DNA from: Acidimicrobiia bacterium
GTDB lineage: Bacteria > Actinomycetota > Acidimicrobiia > Spongiisociales > ZC4RG35
Length of the DNA stretch: 64,000 bases
Assembly (NCBI GenBank): GCA_965203555.1
Contig: CBDBCY010000002.1
Location: 32,001 to 96,000 of the forward strand
Reading direction: 5' to 3'
Part shown: positions 59,163 to 64,000 of the stretch, piece after piece
How positions within the stretch are numbered: the stretch's first letter is position 1
Layout: each line of letters begins with the position of its first letter
Made by a program: the position numbers and the translations under genes
Notes under the pieces: model-generated
The model's database searches: none
What the model was told of the DNA's origin: nothing
What the model saw: the letters and a program-made list of their open reading frames with translations, nothing else

Positions 59163-60461
59163 ATGTTGGTACTGGAGGAGTGCGTGGAAGTTCATGCTTT
59201 GAGGAGGCGGGGGTGGTCGATCTCGGCTATCGCCCGTCATGTTGGTAAGAGCCGCCGTACCGTGCGAGCGTATCTGTCGGGCGATCGGGTGCCCGGTCAG
59301 CGTGCCCGGGCGGGGGCGGATCTGTTTGATGAGTTCGAGGCGTATGTGCGGCAGCGGTTGTCTGATGATCCGCATGTGTGGGGGTCGGCGTTGTTCGACG
59401 AGGTGGTGGCTTTGGGCTATGAGCAGAGCTACCCGACGTTCGTGCGGAAGGTCCGTCTTCGGGGCCTGCGGCCGTTGTGTGGCGCCTGTGCGGGTACCAG
59501 GGGCCGGGCCACGGCGATCATCGATCATCCACCGGGTGAGGAGTGCCAGTGGGACTGGGTGGAGTTACGTGACACGCCGTGGGGAGCCACCGCTCATGTG
59601 CTGGTGGGTGTGCTGTCGCACTCGGGCGCTTTTCGGGCGTGGATCACGTCCCGCCAGGACCAACCCCATTTGGTGGAGGGTCTTGACCAGGTGTTGAGAC
59701 GACTGGAGGGTACCCCGCGGCGGTGGAGGGTGGATCGGATGGCGACCGTGGTCGCCGCCACCGGTCGTATCCAGCCGTCGTTCGTTGGGGTAGCCAAACA
59801 TTATGGGGTGGTTGTTGACCCGTGCCCACCGCGCCGTCCTCAACGGAAAGGCGTGGTGGAAAAGGCCATCCACTATGTCTCTCAGCGGTGGTGGCGCACC
59901 GCAGCGGTGACCAGCATCGCCGAAGCACAGCACAGTCTGGACAGATTCTGCCAGACCGTGGGCGATCTTCGCCCACGGGGTGAGAGCACGGTGGGTGAGC
60001 TGGCCAAGACCGAGCCTCTCCTCGAGCTGCCCCTGGTGGCTTACCCGGCAGAAGGGACTTTGGAGCGCAGGGTGACATCCAACGGGCTGGTATCGGTACG
60101 CGGTAACCGATACTCGGTGCCACCAGGGGTGATAGGAACCCAGGTCACCGTCCGATGGAGGCTCGGTGACCCCACTATCAGCATGTTCTCGGCCAGTGGC
60201 CGGCTGGTCGCCACCCACCAGCAGGCACCCCGCGGTATGGGACGGGTGGTTCGGCTACCCGAACACACCGCCGCTTTGGAGAACGTGGTCCTAGCCGAGT
60301 TCACCACCAAACCACCCTGCAAACCCAAACCCAACCGTCCGCCATCAGACGCGGCTTTGGCTATCGCCGCCGGTATCGGAGACCTGTACACCGAAACGGT
60401 GATCGATCTGGAGGTGTACCAGCGGCACATCGACCAACAAAACCGAAAAGCGGGGCTGTGA
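59163..60461 (+). CDS. istA: IS21 transposase IstA
   Basis: HTH GWSISAIARHVG, PGEECQWDW, VDRM, KGVVE, NRYSVP. Confidence 0.93.
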   Translation: MLVLEECVEVHALRRRGWSISAIARHVGKSRRTVRAYLSGDRVPGQRARAGADLFDEFEAYVRQRLSDDPHVWGSALFDEVVALGYEQSYPTFVRKVRLRGLRPLCGACAGTRGRATAIIDHPPGEECQWDWVELRDTPWGATAHVLVGVLSHSGAFRAWITSRQDQPHLVEGLDQVLRRLEGTPRRWRVDRMATVVAATGRIQPSFVGVAKHYGVVVDPCPPRRPQRKGVVEKAIHYVSQRWWRTAAVTSIAEAQHSLDRFCQTVGDLRPRGESTVGELAKTEPLLELPLVAYPAEGTLERRVTSNGLVSVRGNRYSVPPGVIGTQVTVRWRLGDPTISMFSASGRLVATHQQAPRGMGRVVRLPEHTAALENVVLAEFTTKPPCKPKPNRPPSDAALAIAAGIGDLYTETVIDLEVYQRHIDQQNRKAGL

Positions 60462-61243
60462 TGAACCAATCGGTGTACCAACAGCTGCGAGGCCATCTGG
60501 CCTACCTCAACCTACCCGCCGCCGCCGAGGCGCTCCCCACCCACCTCGAACAGGCACGAACCAACCGTGAAAGCCACACCGAGTTCCTTGAAGGTCTACT
60601 TCGAGTAGAAGTCGAGACCACCGAACAACGGCGATGGGAAACCCGTCTCAAACTGGCGAACTTCCCCACCAGATGGCAACTGGAAGACTTCGACTTCACC
60701 GCCCAACCCAGCGTCGACGAGAAACTGGTAAGAGAGCTGGTTACCGGGGCCTACCTGGCCGATGCCTCCAACGTTTTGTTCATCGGACCGCCCGGCGTGG
60801 GCAAAACCATGCTGGCGGTCATCCTCGGCCGCGCCGCGGTAGACACCGGTCACAAGGTGTACTACACCACCGCTGCGGACCTGGCGGCGCGGTGCCGCAA
60901 AGCCGCCCTACAAGGACGATGGGCCCAAACGTTGCGGTTCTTCAACACCCCCAAAGTGTTGATCATCGACGAACTGGGCTATCTGCCCATGCCGGCAGAA
61001 GACGCCGCCACCCTGTTCCAAGTCATCTCCAGACGGTACGGAAAAGGATCGATCATTCTCACCACCAACCTCGGTGTCGCGTCGTGGGGAGAGATCTTCT
61101 CCGACCACACCATCGCCGCCGCCATGCTCGACCGGCTGCTCCACAAAAGCGTGGTGTTCACCATCACCGGCGACAGCTACCGCCTGAGAAGCTACCAAGC
61201 CCAAGCCCGAAAACACCGACCGAAAGGAGACCTGCTAGCCTAA
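60458..61243 (+). CDS. istB: IS21 ATPase IstB
   Basis: GPPGVGKT, LIIDELGY, LTTN, AMLDRLLH, GDSYR. Confidence 0.95.
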   Translation: MMNQSVYQQLRGHLAYLNLPAAAEALPTHLEQARTNRESHTEFLEGLLRVEVETTEQRRWETRLKLANFPTRWQLEDFDFTAQPSVDEKLVRELVTGAYLADASNVLFIGPPGVGKTMLAVILGRAAVDTGHKVYYTTAADLAARCRKAALQGRWAQTLRFFNTPKVLIIDELGYLPMPAEDAATLFQVISRRYGKGSIILTTNLGVASWGEIFSDHTIAAAMLDRLLHKSVVFTITGDSYRLRSYQAQARKHRPKGDLLA

Positions 61244-61371
61244 AACCACCCAACCCAGGGTGGGAACTTTCGCTGATCGACTCTGGGTACTTTCGATGAT
61301 CGTCATCACGGCCAGCGGTGTGCTCAAAGCTGTGGATGAATTCGCGAAGCGCTGTGGACAGACCCGGCCTG

Positions 61372-61971
61372 TCAATCCGGCCTAGTGCGTTGATGTGGCT
61401 CTGCAGGTTTAGGCAACCCTCGTGCCAGCGTTCCACCTGTGCTGATCCGTCCCCGAGCAGCAAAGCCCCTTCCGGCTCGTTTGCTCTGTACGTCTGCCAG
61501 TAACTCCCTGGCGTCTCCTTCGCCGTCTTCGATCACCCGGCGTGTGGGGCCTATCTCGTCTACCAGCGACACCGCGATTCTCTTCCACGCATCACTATCG
61601 GTAGTGTGAAACCGGCTGACCCCTGCGGAAGACAGCACCTCCCGAAACTCCGACACCCGCATGAGCGCCACTTCGGTGGGTTCAAACAGATCAGGACGCG
61701 ATCCGTAGAGATCCGCAGCGGCCTTCCATAGGCGGTTGGCGTCGCGCATCCGATCCACCGCCGACACGAAAGTCAAAAAGAGGCGCATCTCTCTATCTGA
61801 AGCGTGCAACTCACGCAGGAAACGGATTGCTCCAACCTCTGGCATTTGGTACCAAATGCCAGCCGTTGCCTTCTCCCCGCCCAGCAAATCCAACCCCTCG
61901 CCGTAGAAGCTGTCTGCGATCAGTTCCGCCAATCGGGCCGTCTTCTGTACCCGCGGATCGCTCATAACCAT
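61372..61971 (-). pseudogene. HhH/N-glycosylase-DNA lyase-like protein, probably C-terminally truncated
   Basis: LFLTFVSAVDRMRDANRLW...LFEP.EV...GVSRFH..D..AW..IA resembles the N-terminal half of N-glycosylase-like proteins; the expected RGPK-type HhH motif is absent. Recognition from memory only. Confidence 0.45.
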
Positions 61972-61976
61972 CACTA

Positions 61977-62426
61977 TCACCCCGGCGGGTGACCGGATGC
62001 CAAATGCGCCTTGTACCACGCGATTTGTGAACCGATGCCCGGTACATGGGCCAACGGTCTATGCACCTCCGCTCCGGCCTCACGCAACTTCAGTTCCAAG
62101 CCAAACTCGACATACAACTTACCTGCATGAACCTCTACAGTCTTTCTCTCAAGACCGGCAGTCACATCCTGCAATTGGTTCAGGACATGCCGTGACCAGG
62201 CCCTTCGTTCCGTAGGCGAGAGATCGGCCAGCGCCAGATCGTAAGGTTCGATGTGGGTGTCGGGAGCCAAAAGCCCGTGCTTGGCGCTAAGAACAAACCA
62301 CGGGACAGCAAGTCGCTCTGCATACTCCCGCCGGTACTTCCAAAGCGGTGATACATAGACATCGCGGGCCGGCCCGGCCCAGCCCGACTTCCGCTTCACA
62401 CACCCCACCAGAAGAAAGTCCGCCAT
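61977..62426 (-). CDS. DUF6884-like protein
   Basis: LVGCVKRK...PARDVYVSPLW...WFVLSAKHGLL.P...IEPYD..L...HAGKLY...GIGSQIAW. Confidence 0.75.
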   Translation of the reverse strand: MADFLLVGCVKRKSGWAGPARDVYVSPLWKYRREYAERLAVPWFVLSAKHGLLAPDTHIEPYDLALADLSPTERRAWSRHVLNQLQDVTAGLERKTVEVHAGKLYVEFGLELKLREAGAEVHRPLAHVPGIGSQIAWYKAHLASGHPPG

Positions 62427-62718
62427 CCTCAGGGGCGCTGCCTAACCCGAATCACTTTCGATCCGAAGCCTACCCCGGTGCAGAGAGAGATAGCAGGGTC
62501 GCGGACACCCCGCCGCACCCACACCCGACCAAAGTGCCAACCTTCCACGCTAAACCAAAGGTCCCAAGGCAAAGCCACAGAGCGTGATAACCGCCGCTTG
62601 GCTGGTATGGAACGAACCGGGAAACCAGTACGTCCCCAAACTGACAAATAAGGGTCCCCGGTTCCTGTTATCTTGGAAGAACGTGAGCGGTTTCTCGGTG
62701 AATTCTTCGGGTTTGACT

Positions 62719-63459
62719 GTGCCGAACGGTGGCACGCAACCTCCGCAGCCGATCCTCTTCCTCGTCAAGTTCGTCCACAAAGAAGAGCACGTTAAGAGCC
62801 TGCTGAGAGGAAGGCTGTACGCTCAACGGCTCTCCTGTTTCAAACGGCGGGAAAGTGGCGCCGCACCTGGTCTTGTCGACCTGCACGAGGGAACAAGCAG
62901 CTGGATGCAGCCGGGAAGGGTCTCTTTGCAGATCAATGGTTGGGACCTGACGCCGGATCTCGCAGGTCCTGTCCAGACGCAACCGACCTGGTGCGACCAT
63001 CTGAACGTATTCTGCGTGCATGCCGCACTTACCAATAGACGGAGTCTGGAACGGGCCAGGAGCGGGGACATCGAAGGCCTGCGGCGAAAAATCCGGATTC
63101 CACAGAAATGCTTCGAACTGGGCAAACACGCCATCGTGATCAGAGACATTCCCGAGTTCATGCGTAGGTTCGACGCGGCGATAGCATCACACCGCTACAG
63201 GGCTTGCAAGAAGCTCGTCAGGTACTACGACCCGTCTACCTTCCACGGGCACTTCGATGGCCTCGACCCTGTGTTCAGGAAACGCAGCGAGTACGGCTAC
63301 CAACGAGAGTACAGGTTCGCGATAGACACTGGTACCACCGGTGACGAACCCCTTAAACTGAACATCGGCGACATTAGAGATATCACTCTGCGCTTCAGGT
63401 CCAAAGACCTCAACGGGGAGCAATTCCTTGGCGGAAGCATAGAAGTCGAGCAGTACTGA
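62719..63459 (+). CDS. Hypothetical protein (possible DUF2971-like/ART-fold motif); start uncertain (62584-62719)
   Basis: Open frame with LVKF...GRLY...F...E...D.HEG, VFC, V.YYD and FRKRSEYGYQREYRF. Confidence 0.65.
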   Translation: MPNGGTQPPQPILFLVKFVHKEEHVKSLLRGRLYAQRLSCFKRRESGAAPGLVDLHEGTSSWMQPGRVSLQINGWDLTPDLAGPVQTQPTWCDHLNVFCVHAALTNRRSLERARSGDIEGLRRKIRIPQKCFELGKHAIVIRDIPEFMRRFDAAIASHRYRACKKLVRYYDPSTFHGHFDGLDPVFRKRSEYGYQREYRFAIDTGTTGDEPLKLNIGDIRDITLRFRSKDLNGEQFLGGSIEVEQY

Positions 63460-63808
63460 CAGATCCTGCTGTTGTCCAGTCAACTTGCTAGCTGTAACCT
63501 GACCTCGGACAACAACCCATCATCTACTGGAGGGAGACGCCTCGTACACCGACGGGAGGCATCACCCCACCGCCGAGAGCCGCCATCGGACCACCTCCAA
63601 TGCGGCCCAACTTTCCTGAGGCGAAAAGGCATCCTGATACTAAACCTGGTACTGACAAAGTCAGATACTCCATTGACCTGGGGTTTAAAGCCCTAGCAAG
63701 GTGTTGGGGGAGGGATCCCAAGTCGGGAGTGGGGTGGTTGGTTTTTCGCGACTCAAGGTTGGGTTTTCGCGGGAAACGGCGGTCGCGGGTTTGGTTCGGA
63801 TGTGGCGT

Positions 63809-64000
63809 TTACGGCGCCAGACACACCCGGCCCATCACTCGGCGGTCCGCCAGGTAGGCGAGGCCGGCCGGGGCTTCTTCGAAGGGATAGATCCGGTCGA
63901 CGTGGGGATGGATGAGACCCTGCTCGACCCATTGCTGCAGATGGGCGAGATTGGCCCGGTTGTGGTCGGGAAAGCGCTCCACCAGGTCGCCCCAGAACAC
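63809..64000 (-). CDS. Zinc-binding alcohol dehydrogenase/NADPH:quinone oxidoreductase, C-terminal part (5' end outside window)
   Basis: VFWG...GLIHPHVDRIYPFEEAPAGL..LADRRVMGRVCL. Confidence 0.8.
   Translation of the reverse strand: MFWGDLVERFPDHNRANLAHLQQWVEQGLIHPHVDRIYPFEEAPAGLAYLADRRVMGRVCLAP

Larger units (their letters stand above)
59022..61308 (+). mobile_element. IS21-family insertion sequence (intact)
   Basis: TG...CA ends; about 50-bp imperfect TIR (TGTTGGCGATCACTGAAAGTTCCCAG versus TGATGACGATCATCGAAAGTACCCAG) with repeated CGATCACTGAAAGTTCCCA boxes; 4-bp TSD CGGC (59018-59021, 61309-61312). Confidence 0.93.

Noticed and set aside
63697-63760. Apparent similarity to the reverse complement of the HNH copy 2 downstream flank (44365-44410)
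   Set aside because: Both are low-complexity G/T-rich tracts and the alignment needs several gaps.

Overview
High-GC bacterial chromosome segment, most likely Actinomycetota. Acidimicrobiia-like is my inference from the single-subunit GlyRS, DUF222-HNH genes, Cys-containing SLH proteins and the recG-rsmD-coaD-yceD-rpmF-plsX-rnc-mutM-smc-ftsY order. The backbone is housekeeping: selC tRNA-Sec, recO-uppS-glyQS, dnaG-sigma70, amt, etfBA, nucleoside salvage genes, ppc, rpmB, recG..smc, ftsY-cdd-glyA and a full F1Fo atp operon. Accessory segments interrupt it: (i) 1-7577, a defence island at the 3' end of selC with an hsdR pseudogene, a SIR2 + small protein + SMC/Rad50-like ATPase trio (Lamassu/ABC-3C-like) and a decayed IS1634; (ii) two dispersed DUF222-HNH genes; (iii) a DUF488-DUF488-dual-OB operon plus an IS5 remnant between smc and ftsY; (iv) 54.5-64 kb, with a TnpB element, an SLH/beta-propeller protein, an intact IS21 and DUF6884/glycosylase-like genes. 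The most striking observation is a 1392-bp element (54540-55931) that encodes only a TnpB with intact catalytic motifs. It is bounded by 26-bp terminal inverted repeats and an 8-bp target-site duplication, which is DDE-transposon architecture rather than IS200/IS605 or IS607 architecture. Its tnpB and both HNH genes share a TGTCAC-N10-(T/C)AnnnT leaderless promoter resembling the actinobacterial PafBC DNA-damage promoter. All family calls come from motif recognition by eye; no database searches were run.
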